DNA of 64,000 nucleotides. Source: Octopus sinensis (lineage: Eukaryota). Below are positions 39,797-53,022 of the stretch, in pieces; position 1 is the stretch's first letter; every line of letters starts with the position of its first letter. The stretch lies in the NCBI RefSeq assembly GCF_006345805.1, contig NC_043008.1, forward strand, positions 60,016,001 to 60,080,000, given 5' to 3'. Below the pieces are notes generated by a model. The model did no database searches. It was not told the origin of the DNA and saw nothing but the letters and a program-made list of their open reading frames with translations. Made by a program: the position numbers and the translations under genes.

Positions 39797-40680
39797 TTCG
39801 ACTTAATTTAAACGGAAGGAATAAGATCGAAGCTATCAACACCTGGGCGGTTTCACTCCTTAGGTATGGAGCAGGGGTAATCGCAAGGACAGTAGATGAA
39901 CTAAACGGCTTAGTCAGAAAGAGAAGGAAGTTGCTAACTAGATTTGGGTCACTCCACCCAAAATTTACACAGACAGACTGCATGTACCAAGAAAAAGGGA
40001 AGTAAGAAGACTTATTGGATGCGAACACAACATTAGAGCAGAAGAAAACAACATAGCATGGTATGTAAAAAATACCACGGAACAGCTATTATTAGAAGTA
40101 GGAAGGTCAGGCTTGTGTAAGATGAAAGATTGCAAAGATAAAGCACTATACAAGAAATTGAAAACAAATGAAACTGAAAATAGGTGGGTGAAGAAAAGAA
40201 TGCATGATCAATTTCATAGGGATGTTGAAGATAAGAAAGATAGAGAGAAAAGATGGCTGTGGATGACTAAAAGTGATTTAAAACCGGAAACGGAGGCCCT
40301 AATCTGTGCTACCCAAGAGCAAGCACTAAAAACAAACTACATAAAATACAGAATAGACAACACATCAGAAAGTGATAAGTGCAGAATCTGTGGACAAAAG
40401 GGTGAAACCGTATGGCATATTATCAGGCGGCGAGCTGGCAGAAACGTTAGCACACCGGGCGAAATGCGTAGCTGTACTTCGTCTGCCGCTACGTTATGAG
40501 TTCAAATTCCGCCGAGGTTGACTTTGCCTTTCATCCTTTCGGGGTCGATAAATTAAGTACCAGTTATGCACTGGAGTCGATGTAATCGACTTAATCGTTT
40601 GTCTGTCCTTGTTTGTCCTCTCTATGTTTAGCCCCTTGTGGGTAGTAAAGAAATACATATTATCAGCCAATGTAATATTA
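39797..40680 (+). mobile_element. R4/Dong-clade (RLE-type) LINE fragment interrupted by SINE A
   Basis: LNGRNKIEAINTWAVSLLRY...LHPK/DRLHVPRK...LKPETEALICATQEQAL...CRICGQKGETVWHII[SINE]SQC; 5' junction at (TAA)n. Confidence 0.85.
40425..40655 (+). mobile_element. Young full-length SINE family A, Tx1-like tail, with TSD
   Basis: catattatc(ag) duplicated at 40416-40426 and 40656-40666. Confidence 0.95.
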
Positions 40681-42094
40681 GAAACTCCGACATTAGAAAC
40701 TGCAAATAATATAATGGCAACCTTTTACTCTTTGTTCTAAATTATAAAACACACACACACTCACACACACACACATTTGTGCGTGTGTGTGTGTATGTGT
40801 ACGTATTGGTATTTTCTGGAGGAGTCATATTACTAAAGCGTATGAACGCACTCAATCTTTATTGTTTTTGATTTTTGTTATACTTTTGTTTTCCCTGAAA
40901 GTTCTTGTCGCTTTATTCCTCTGACCTCATAAATGGGTTTAGATTTTCAAATAAATGAAATTCATCAACTAATTTTCTGGTGTGTTTCGCTCCTTACGTT
41001 ACGTCTCAAGGGTAAGCGTGGAGCCTGATGAGGCAGCATACTTTTCCTTTCGTTTTATTGTCGCCAACATACAACACATTTGCGTGCGTGCGTGTGTGTT
41101 TGTATGTATGTGAATATTTTTGTTTGCGTGTGTGTGTGTGTATGTTTCTGTCTGTGTTTGCGCGTGTACGTGCGTGCGTTTATAATCTTTAATACTATAT
41201 CTTCTAAAATTGATTTCAACACGATTTCAGGTATTAATTCTGGCTATAGATGTCTCTCACACTCTCTCTCTCTTTCTCTCTTTCACTCTCTTGCACCCAC
41301 TCACTCGCTCTCTCTTTATATATAAGTATATAAACTCTACATATATATATATATATGAGTCTATGTGTCAGAGCTTACGTGTTTGTGTGTGTATATATAT
41401 GTATGTATATATATATATACATACATATATACATATATAAACACACACACATAAATATATGTATATATATATAAACACACACACACGCACACATATATAT
41501 ATATGCATATATGTATGCACAAACAAATACACAGGGGAGTGTTAGTGTGGCTGTGTGTCTAATGACGTATATACATTAAAATTAACCATTTTCATTCCAT
41601 TATTCTTGCAGTATCACTCACACAAAATTCTTTTGATATTTCTATAATATTATAATGAATAATTATTTCATTACGAAAACAAAAAAAAAAAAGAAGATTA
41701 TGTGTTTGGCGTTATGACGTATAATGACGATAATAGATTCTTCGAGTTTCTATCGACAGTGTTCTTTGGTGACAACATTGCTTATTAATTGGCAGAAATA
41801 TAACATGACTCAGCCAAATACTTTAGTATTTTGTTAAATAAAAGAACACTTCACGAAAACTATAAAATTTTCTATATTTATGTTTTTGTAATATTTCAAT
41901 CGTTCATTTTGTTTATCTTTCGCTTGTTTTAGTCATTGGACGGTACTTATTATTTTAAAGTCCTGTATTTATTCTGTTAGACTCTATTGACGATCCGCTA
42001 ATTCAGGCGCCCCAAACAGACCAAGCGAATTGTACAGACACAAAGACAGAAGCAACGACACAAAGACACACACACACACACACACACACATTCT

Positions 42095-42720
42095 TTTATT
42101 CTTTTGCTTTTTCAGTAATTTATACTGCGGCCATGCTGGAGCACCGCCTTGAAGGTTTTTTTAAGGATTTTAGTCGAACAAGTCGACCCAGGATTTCGTA
42201 TTGTCGTTCTCTTTCGCAAAACCTCTAAATTACATAGATATATGAGCTTTGGTGTAGGAGAAGTTCTTAAGCAGATAGGGCCGAAAATGTCGCTAGAAGC
42301 TAGGATCACCAAGCATAGATTGGTATATTTTGGTCATATGCGGAGAAAATCCCTGGAGAAGAACATCATGCTCGGAATGGTCAGTGGCAAGAGAGGAAGA
42401 GGCCGACCAAGAACCCGCTGGCTTGACACCATCAAGAGTGATACTGGGATGGACATAGCCAATCTGAAAGAAGCGGCCCAGGATAGAACTGACTGGAGGA
42501 CACTGATCCAACGAGTGATCGAGAGTCGACTTCGACTGAGCGGATAAGAGATACGATGGAGTCCTAAACCGCATTTTCCTTCAACCAAAGTTACTCACAT
42601 GGCATTAGTCAGTCCATAGGTACTTTTGAAGAGAATTAGCCAGTTGTGCACAGTGGGACAGACACCCGAAACCACGTGATTGCAGACATGTTTCTTAACC
42701 ACTTAGCCATATTGCGCCTA
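42095..42720 (-). mobile_element. Old SINE family C split by an RTE insertion
   Basis: 3' half about 42095-42230, 5' half about 42590-42720. Confidence 0.65.
42258..42560 (+). mobile_element. RTE (BovB-like) LINE 3' end
   Basis: EVLKQIGPKMSLEARITKHRLVYFGHMRRKSLEKNIMLGMVSGKRGRGRPRTRWLDTIK...DRTDWRTLIQRVIESRLRLSG*. Confidence 0.9.
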
Positions 42721-42747
42721 TGCGACTCTTCCTCTAGAAGGTGCTAT

Positions 42748-43150
42748 ACTCTTTAATCTTTTACTTGTTTCAGTCATTTGACTGCGGCCATGCTGGAGCA
42801 CCGCCTTAAATCAAGAAACTCGACCCCAGGACTTATTCTTTGTAAGCCCAGTACTTATTCTATCGGTCTCTTTTGCCGAACCGCTAAGTGACGGGGACAT
42901 AAACACACCAGCATCGGTTGTCAAGCGATGTTGGATGGGACAAACACAGACACACAAACATACACGCACACATAAATATATATACATATATACGACGGGC
43001 TTCTTTCAGTTTCCGTCTACCAAATCCACTCACAAGGCTTTCGTCGGCCCGAGGCTATAGTAGAGACACTTGCCCAAGGTGCCACGCAGTGGGACTGAAC
43101 CCGGAACCATGTGGTTGGTAAACAAGCTACTTACCACACATCCACTCCTG
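42748..43150 (-). mobile_element. SINE family C, full length
   Basis: Reverse complement of 47031-47452. Confidence 0.9.
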
Positions 43151-43297
43151 TTATAACCATTTTAATCATGAGAATTCACGGAAGTAGAAATTATATTAAT
43201 CACTATTGTATTATAATACATATTATTATCTTATATCATATTATATTATATTATATTATATTATATTATATTATATTATATTATATTACATTATCAG

Positions 43298-43487
43298 TTT
43301 TATTGGCTTAAGAAACATGGTGCAGGCATATCGAGTTTGATCAGAAAGAGAATGCCCATCCTCTTTTGCTGGTCTTTCGAGGCGAGTGTAATAAACGCAA
43401 GGCAACTGGATACCGCGAGCCAAATATTTGAAATAGAGGAGATACTACTGAAGAAAACCAAATCGCAGCTAGGATATGCTGAAACGG
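43298..43487 (+). CDS. Candidate internal exon (63 codons)
   Basis: attatcag| open frame FYWLKKHGAGISSLIRKRMPILFCWSFEAS...GYAET |gtaaac; no homology recognised. Confidence 0.25.
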
Positions 43488-44401
43488 GTAAACATAAAAT
43501 TTAATGAAGACATCAGCCATTTTTAATATGAAATGTCTGTAAAACCAGCAATTTCTCAGAGTAAAGTCATATCTCTCAAGAACATGTTGCGTGCTGTATT
43601 TATCTTTCAGGGCTTTATTAAACGTATCTTGTTTATAAACATGGCTATTCTGACTTCTGCAATGAAATATGAGTTTATATTCATCCTGTGTGTCCTAACC
43701 TCACAGGAATATCATGTGGGAAAATTGTGAAAAAATTGCCTAAGATTATTCCCCAAAGAAATATTAAAGTAAGTAGCTCAGGATAACAAGAACGCGCCCT
43801 TTACGATAATGTATTAAAAACGAAAAAATAAATAATAGTCTTATCTCTATGAGTAATACGAAACGATTATAGCTGATCGTATATTTACTCACACTTCTCT
43901 CTCGGGAATCAATTACAATCCATATTAATCAGGAACGATTTTGTAGTTTTATAGCAAGTGTATTTTCATGGACTCAGTATCAAATCCTAACAAGACGAAC
44001 GACGGAAAGAGTTATGTTTGCTCTGAGTCTAAATAAAATATCGTGACACCAATTACACCATCGAACTTTTGCGATATCACAAAATTAGTCACACGCATAT
44101 GTGTGTGTGTGTGTGTGTATGAATACACACGCACACACACACGGATACACACACATACACTCACACACACACATATATACATGTTTGTATGTATGTATGA
44201 ATATAAATATGTGCAGGTATATATATATATATATATGTATATATATTATGGAAAAAATGCTTTTAAGGTTCCATATTTTGATATAGTATCCATACATGTG
44301 TATGTGTATATGTATATGTATATGTATACATAAATACGTAAGTAAAAAATACATGCCTAAATACATACATACATACATACATACACACATATATGTATAT
44401 A

Positions 44402-44442
<41 letters not shown>

Positions 44443-44548
44443 CACATTACGTAAATAAATAAATATATATACACACACACGTAAATATATATATACATAC
44501 ACATACGTAAATAAATAAATAGAAATATATATTTTATCTCTCTCTCTC

Positions 44549-44592
<44 letters not shown>

Positions 44593-44909
44593 TATACAGA
44601 CACACACACACACCTTATTCCCCAAAACACTAAAGCATTGCAGTTACTTTATGGTAAGGCAGGAAATTGCAGAAATAGCAACGACATTGCAAGGTATTTT
44701 GACTGTTTTAGTCTGTACATAACTACACAGCCAGAGCTAATTTAAAACTGTGTTCGAATGCTGCCATTACTTCCTGCATACTTTTCATATTTACATGTAT
44801 ATTCTATTCAGCAATGAATCTTGTTTTCTGTGGTATATACATACATATGTCCGTTTGTGTTCATTTCCAATTGTAAGACACATGCACTCAATACATAGTG
44901 TTCAGTTTT

Positions 44910-45360
44910 AAGGCGGCGAGAGTACAGAATCGCTAGCACCCCGAGCAAAACGCTTAGCGGCATTTCGTCTATCTTCAGGTTCTGAGTTCAAATTCCGCCG
45001 TGGTTGAGTTTGCATTTCATCCTTTCAGGATCGATAAAATATGTAACAGTTGAGTACTGGGGTCGTTTCAATCGACTTAATCTGTCCCCGAAATTGCTGG
45101 CCTTGTGTTAAAATTTGAAATCATTGTTGCTACACTATAAGGTGAGGTGATCTGGGAAAATTCGTAGCACGCCAGACAAAATGCTTAGCTGCTGCATTTC
45201 GTGTGAGTTCGAATTCCACAGAGGTTGACTTCGTGTTTCATCATTTTGGGGTCAATAAAATAAGCACCATTTTAGCACTGGGGTTGATGTAATCGACTAA
45301 CCCAAAATTGGTCCTCTCCCAAAATTGCAGTCCTGGAGCCAAACGTTGAAATCAATAATA
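44910..45360 (+). mobile_element. Tandem SINE family A pair
   Basis: About 44910-45125 and 45140-45360. Confidence 0.8.
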
Positions 45361-46012
45361 CTACACCGTAACTGCTCTCTTATATTCTCACATGTGCTCC
45401 CTTTCAAGCAATTCGAGTAAAGATAAAAAATGAGCAACGTCGGTTACTATATTTGCATGTACACACACACACATACACACACACACACATTTTATGTATT
45501 AGTCACCACCGCATGTGTAGACTTAAGTAAACACTGTTCTTTTAACTCGAAATATCTCATATATATATACAATATATATATATATATATATATAGTTCAT
45601 AGATGTGATCCAAATATTTTCCGTATAGAATACACTTTGTAGCGCTCAAGAGATTTAAACTTGAATGGGTGTGGAGGTAAATGTAAGCATAAACGAATTA
45701 GATAAATATATAGAGTGTATTAAATAGATGAAATATAAAAAAAATGTATATATGGACCGCCGAGGCCCTAGAGACAACTGTTGGACTTGTAATACTTTTC
45801 CTCCACCCCTTTAATTCTCTATATCATTTTTAATGTGTAAGTTGGCCCTTTTTATATGTATACATATATACCTTTTTTGTATATCATATATTTAATACCC
45901 TTTATATATTGATCTGTCTAATTCGCTTGTCTCTACATTTACCCTTCTATGTCTCTCTATCTCTGTCTGTCTGTCTCTCTCTCTCTCCCTCTCTCTCTCT
46001 ATAATATTTCAA

Positions 46013-46086
46013 TTAACCTGAAGATTGACTGTAACCATAACTCGAATTATTACGAATTGTACAGCCATGAAACGATCGTAGAGTTT
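46013..46086 (+). ncRNA. Hammerhead-like motif with intact catalytic core
   Basis: CTGAAGA (46018-24), stem II tgactgta/tacagcca, GAAAC-GATC-GTA with palindromic ACGATCGT; stem I poorly preserved. Confidence 0.6.
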
Positions 46087-46552
46087 TACTCTTTATCTTT
46101 TATTAAACTTTTAATACTTTTGATATATATTTAAATTAATATAAATTGATTAATTTTATGTATTGGCTTATGTTTTTCATTGTTTGATTTGCCTAATAGT
46201 GGTTTTATCTCTAATTTAATATAATATAATATAATATATTTTACTATAACATTGGATTTAATCCTAAATCTGATTTTTCCCTGTAAGTTTGGATTTATTA
46301 CCTAATATTTTATTATATGATCGATTGATTCTAGTTTCAGCTCACGAGCTGTGGCCATGCTGGAGCACATATATATATGTATATATATCAATAATAACTA
46401 CTCGTAACACACGTGGGTGATTGGGAAAGAATGCGAGTCCTCACTCTTCTGTATAAATTCGGAAGTACTGATTTTTCGGATGTTAGCTATTTGATGTCGC
46501 TAGGTCGAATACATATTTTAATTATTAGTACTCTCAAATTTATAAATGAAAT

Positions 46553-46625
46553 ACTATACTGAAACGGTAATAAGTGAGTAACAATAAAATTTTACATCTA
46601 TTTAACCCAGAAACGCGTATGTAGT
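46553..46625 (+). ncRNA. Degenerate hammerhead-like motif
   Basis: Stem I actata/tgtagt, CTGA(aac), partial stem II ggtaata/tatttaacc, GAAAC-GC-GTA with palindromic ACGCGT. Confidence 0.45.
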
Positions 46626-46699
46626 TGATCAAAGTCGGGTGGATTCGTTATTTTTCTCTTTACCTACATATATATGTGTGTGTCTGTGTGCGCGTGTGT

Positions 46700-46975
46700 G
46701 TGTGGTCTAGGGGTTAGTGCATTGCGCTCACAGTCGCAACATAGTGGTTTCGATTTACAAACCGGCGTTGGGTTATGTTCTTGAGTAAAACACTTCTTGC
46801 ACATATCTCCTGTCCATTCTGCAGTAAATAGGTAACCGTGCGGTGAACTGGGGCTCTATAGAGAAGGAATGTCACTAAACCCACCTTGCTAGCGCTGTGG
46901 CATCATTCGAAACCTACAGCAATGCTAGAAAGCGCATTGTGACAAGCGGTGTATAACAACAACCGTTCGTCTGGA
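46700..46975 (+). mobile_element. Old CORE-type SINE with a different 3' tail
   Basis: tRNA-like head, atgttcttgagtaaaacactt, tail gaaagcgcattgtgacaagcggtgtataacaac. Confidence 0.65.
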
Positions 46976-46996
46976 TGATACAATTAAATACATACA

Positions 46997-47030
<34 letters not shown>

Positions 47031-47032
<2 letters not shown>

Positions 47033-47452
47033 GCGCAGGAGTGGCTGTGTGGTAAGTAGCTTGCTAACCAACCACATGGTTCCGGGTTCAGTCCTACTGC
47101 GTGGCATCTTGGGCAAGTGTCTTCTCCTATAGCCCCGGGCCGACCAATGCCTTGTGAGTGGATTTGGTAGATGGAAACTGAAAGAAGCCTGTCGTATATA
47201 TGTATATGTATATATATGTATGTGTGCGTGTTTGTGTGTCTGTGTTTGGTCCCCTAGCATTGCTTGACAACCGATGCTGGTGTGTTTACGTCCCCGTCAC
47301 TTAGCGGTTCGGCAAAAAGGGACCGATAGAATAAGTACTGGGCTTACAAAAAGAATAAGTCCCGGGGTCGATTTGCTCGACTAAAGGCGGTGCTCCAGCA
47401 TGGCCGCAGTCAAATGACTGAAACAAGTAAAAGAGTAAAAGAGTAAAAGAGT
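47031..47452 (+). mobile_element. SINE family C, full length, (GTAAAAGA)n tail
   Basis: aggcgcaggagtggctgtgtggtaag...gggttcagtcc...internal (TA)(TG)...aaacaagtaaaagagtaaaagag. Confidence 0.95.
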
Positions 47453-47942
47453 GTACATACTTCTATATGTGTGTATGATCCTGTGCATGATTCTTTTCAT
47501 CTTTTTCTGAGAATCAATATAGTTCTTACGTGGTACATACCACTTACTGGTCAGAATTTATGTCGAAATATATTGTAACATATCGAGCTAAAAAGCTATC
47601 CAATGTTGTTATTGAAAAAAGAAAAACCATTCCATCAAACTTAGAGAACAAAAACACTGGTTAGTAGATAGATACAATATACACACATACACAACAGCAT
47701 ATACTCACAAAAAAAAAACCCAAACATATTTATATTTATAAACATATATACACCCACGCGTATATTTATATACATGCATTTTCGGAACAGATCAAAAAAT
47801 ACGACGCATTGATTTCCAATACAGTAGATATCTGAAGGAGAACGTTGCGGATACGATATTAACACTTAAACTAAGCTGGTCTACAGCTGAATTCTGTATC
47901 TCTTAAATCAATGGTTCAAGGGAATGTCTTCTTTGCTTGCAG

Positions 47943-48082
47943 AAAAGTACAATATTCTTCTATGGTTTATCGATACGAAAGCAAATACGAGATGTAGACG
48001 GAAAGTGCCTCTTGAAGGATGTGTTCTATCAACAATGGAGACAACATTGTCCATTGACTGAGTGTTCTAGTAGGATCATCTG
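47943..48082 (+). CDS. Candidate exon
   Basis: Strong acceptor gtcttctttgcttgcag; frame [46 protein letters not shown] open to TG|gtaatt. Confidence 0.25.
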
Positions 48083-48172
48083 GTAATTATAACAACAGAG
48101 GCAACGTTTTTTTATCGTCAGTCCACCTCTTATGATGATAGGCGAAACTTATGGTTTAAAGGCAAGCTGGAG

Positions 48173-48246
<74 letters not shown>

Positions 48247-48296
48247 CCTATCTATCTACCTATCTACCTATCTACCTATCTACCTACCTACCTACA

Positions 48297-48343
<47 letters not shown>

Positions 48344-49094
48344 GTGTGTGCTTAACACAGGTACATAGATTTAAATGAAGGTGTATGTACATAAATACAC
48401 ATATACATATATACATATATACACATACACACATTCACATAGCTGTATATTTTTAGAAGCGGTGGATTCCATCAGTCACTGTGATGTATAACCAAATACA
48501 TTTGGTCACGTCAAGAAAAGCTTTTTAACTCATTTCTTTGTATAGGCACGAAGGTATGTGTACCTGTGTGTGTTTATGTTTATCGCTCTCTCCCTTGACA
48601 AACGGTGCTGGTATTTTTTACGTTCGCATAGCATAGTAGTTCGACATAGAGTAGCCAATATTTAAAATAAACACTGCACTCGATTCGATCAATTTCAAGG
48701 CTGTACTCTAGCACGGACACAACGTAATAACTGAACCAAATAACAGAGTAAAAGAAAAAAGCTGAACATGATGTCAGATTCTGATTGACGACCGATTCTT
48801 TTTTTAAAAAATCACAATTTTGTAACATGATTACTAAAGGATTGGTGCGATGACAAGTGCTCGCATTTCTTAACGCCAGGATAAAATTCAAACAATAAAA
48901 ACTAAAACAGAAGCTATGACATTTGTCTGTATTTGGTATGGAGTTACGTGTCAATTTACAGAATCTCAAATAAATTACATTAATAAAAGCAACACAGAGA
49001 ATGAACATAAACGGTGACGTATTACATTTGTTATGGTATGCATATGTTTGTGTCTAACAACCCACTTCTCACTCGCTCTCTCCCTCTTTATGTT

Positions 49095-49870
49095 TCTCGG
49101 TGCATATGACTCTGTCGTTAAATAGTTCTCTTCGTAACCATGAAAACACAGTTTCGATCCGACTGCGCTGCAGCTTGAGCAAATCATTCTTTTTATTTCA
49201 TTTTCATTTTTACTTCAGAAGGATCCAAAACTTGTGAATGAAAATGGGTTATATGGAAACAGTGAGGAAGCTCGTTCGGTGGAAGTGTCTGTAATTTAAT
49301 GGCCCCGGATTCTCACTTAGTGTGTCACGCTGACGCCACCTGAGGATTACACTGGGGTTACACGTGTCTGTGGAATATTCAGTCAAATATACTCTGAGTC
49401 AATGCGTAGGTAGTTCGGTTTGATCGAATGACTGAAATATCACAATCATAATCGACAGAAATCCCTAGAGTTTTGTATCTAACTACACACTACTCTCTCT
49501 CGGTGGATATGGCTGTGTCATTAGGTAGTTCTCTTCGTAACCTTTAAAACTCGTGTTCGAGCTGACTGCACTGCATTTTGAGCAAGTTCTTTTTCCAATG
49601 TTTTTTTTTCTACTTCGGAAGGACTCAAGACTTGGGAATGAAAATCGTTATATGGAAACTGTGCGGAAGCTCGTTCGATGGAAGTGTCTGTAATTTAATG
49701 GCCCGGACTTTTCACATAGTGTGTCAGTCTAATTCCATCTGAATACTAGATTCGTTTTCACGTGTCTGTGACATAGTTAACCAAATATACTCTCAGTGGG
49801 TAGTTTGGTAGATCGAATGACTGGAAACACATCGTCGAAATTGACGGAAATCCATAGAGTTTTACATTCT
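49095..49870 (+). mobile_element. Two diverged head-to-tail copies of a ~380-bp SINE (family E)
   Basis: Units begin near 49095 and 49505; shared tagttctcttcgtaacc, ggaagtgtctgtaatttaatggccc, cacgtgtctgtg, gatcgaatgactg. Confidence 0.75.
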
Positions 49871-49887
49871 CTCTATATATTTATAAA

Positions 49888-49941
<54 letters not shown>

Positions 49942-50074
49942 ATATATATATAAAAGTTAAAAAAATATACAAACTGGGACAAGAACGTGAAACATTTAGA
50001 AGACGACACAAAAAACACAGACGGGAATACATACATACATTCAGGCACATATACAATAATCCTATCTTCTATAG

Positions 50075-50265
50075 GCACAAGGATTGAAGTTTAGGGACAG
50101 GGGGAAAGTCGATTACAAGTATTCAGCATTTATTTACTTTTTTGATCTTCAAAGGATGAAAGACAATGCCGACCTCAGCGGTATTTGAACTCAGAGCGCA
50201 AAGACGGACGTAATGCCGCTAAGCATTTTGCCTGGCGTGCTAATGATTCTGCCAGCCCGCCGCTT
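50075..50265 (-). mobile_element. SINE family A
   Basis: ggatgaaagacaatgccgacctcagcggtatttgaactcagagc...ctgccagcccgccgc. Confidence 0.8.
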
Positions 50266-50339
50266 AATAATAGACAGGCATATAATGATGTAATGCGGAA
50301 ATACACATGCATACATTTGTGAATGTGTTTGTGTGAGTT

Positions 50340-52220
50340 TGTGTAAGTATGTATGTATGTATGTGCATGTTGAAGTGCTTATGTGTATGTTTGTGTGAGA
50401 ATGTGTATGTGCGTGTATACGTACACATGTCAGTGTATATACGTAATTACACAAGTGTGAGTTTGTGTGAAAATGTGTTTGTGTGTGTATGTCTAAGTAC
50501 ATATATATGTGTATGTTTGCGTATCTGTGAGTCTGTGTATACCTACATATGAGTGTGTGTATACTTACATATATACATGTGTTTATGAGTTTACATAAGC
50601 ATATGTGTGTATATGTGTATTTTCGTACATACATGTATGCGTGCGTATACATACATATACATGTGTGCGTGTGTGCATATGCGTGTATTCGTGCGTATAA
50701 GTGTGTGTGTATACATACATTTGTGTATGTATACATACATACATACATGTGTGTATGTATGTATATACGTACATACATGTGTGTGTGGTTGTGTTTTTGT
50801 GTGGGTATATATGTGTGTATGTGTTTGAATACTGTACATATGTGTATGTCTTCCAAGATACACATGTGTGCATGTTTACGTGAGTATGTTTATGTATGTA
50901 TGTGTGCTTGTGTGTGTGTGTATGTGTGTGTGTGTGTGTGTCTATGTGTGTATACGTGCATATACAAGTGCACGTGGGTATGTTAAGCAGCAAAGAAGCT
51001 GAACCAGTAGAGCGTCAGACAAACTGCCTTGTGGTATTTGTTCCGGCTCTTTACATTCTGAGCTCAAATCCCAGTGGAGTCTGTTTTGCCTTTTATCCTT
51101 CTCAGGTCGATAAAACAGAGTGGCGGTCTGGTGCGGTGGACTGATGGAATTGTCAGAGCGTTGCACCAAATGCTTTGCGTTATTTGTTCCAGCTCTTTAC
51201 GTTCAGAGTAATTCCATGACAAGCACGTGACGTCGAGCGAATGGCACAAAGGAGCGAGCAGTGCGTGTACGTACGTATGCATGTATGTATGTATGTATTT
51301 AGGTGTGTATGTATGTATGCATGCATGCATGCATGCGTGTATGTATGTATGTATCTATGTATGTACGTATGTATGTATGTATGCATATATGTATGTATGT
51401 ATATATGTATGTATGTATGCATGTATGTATGTACGTATGTATGTATGTATATATGTATGTAAGCATGAATGCATGTATGTGTGTGTATGTATGTATGCAT
51501 GTGTATGTGTATGTATGTATGTATGCATGTATGTATGTAAATATGTATGTATGTAAGCATGTATGCATGTATGTATGTATATACGTATGTTTGTATGTAT
51601 GTATATATGTATATATGTATGTATGTATATATGTATAGGTGTATATATGTATGTGTGTATGTATGTATGCATGTATGTATATATGTATGTAGGTATGTAT
51701 ATATGTATATATGTATGTATGTATGTATTTAGGTGTGTATGTATGTGTGCATGTATGTATGACTGTATATATGTATGCGTGTGTGCATTATGTGTTTATG
51801 TATGTATGTGTGTGTATGCATGTATATATGTATAAATGCATGTATGGCCATGTGTGCATACATATGTACATTGATATATATGCAAACATATTGACCTGTG
51901 TGTGTACGTATGCATATATAATTATACTTATGTGAATCCGTGTTATTGTGTATACATATTTGTGTGTATACATGTATATATAAATGTAACCGAGACGTGT
52001 GCAAACCGTACTTTTGTATGTAAGAGTATCTGTGTATAACTATTTCAGACATGAGTAGACATACATAAATACATACATTCATACATACATGTATACATAC
52101 ATACATACATACATACATACATACATACATACATACATACATACATACGTACGTACATACATACACAGACGTACACACGGACACACGTACACACGTACAC
52201 ACGGACACACGTACACACTT
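50340..52220. repeat. Large degenerate (TG)/(TATG)/(CATA) microsatellite field with old SINE A fragments at about 50980-51215
   Basis: Read directly from sequence. Confidence 0.85.
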
Positions 52221-52778
52221 ATATCCATGGCAATAGAGAGAAGAGCAATGTTAGTAATATGATGCAATTTAATGTCAAATGATTGAAGAATCCAATATTT
52301 TATCTGAGATGTGCAAGTTGGTGAAATTCTAATAGACTGGTCACAAATTCATAAGCTATTGCAGACGTCTACTTTTCCTCAAGGGCAGAACATTGATTTT
52401 TTTTTGTTACTTTGTGCAATTTCGCTAACAGCAAAAATATATTCACTTTGTTTCTAGGAGTATAACTTGCGAAAATAGAAGTAGCATCCATAGAAGTGAC
52501 GGATATTAATCTCTCTTTCGCTTCACGCAACCGAATTTGGTTTTGAATCTAGTTTTTATGAATACACCCAATCTTCAGGTTATTTAATTTTAATAAAGAA
52601 TACCTAAAATTCTCCGCGAACTTTGTATCAATGTGTTCAATATACATACATACATACATACACACACTAACACATATATATATATTTATGCTCATATACA
52701 TTATATATGTATATATGTATATATATATATATGTATAAATAAATATATATGTGTATGTGTGTATATACGTATATATGC

Positions 52779-52809
<31 letters not shown>

Positions 52810-52977
52810 ATATATATATGGATGTACATACACACATACATATATGCATATATATATATATATATAGGTACATATACATATGTATGCATATTTGTATATA
52901 TATATATATATATATGGATGTATATACACACATACATATATACGTACATATATATGTATGTAATATACATACATACA

Positions 52978-53022
<45 letters not shown>

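Noticed and set aside
41025-41050. CTGATGA as a hammerhead core
   Set aside because: No downstream GAAA or stem II.
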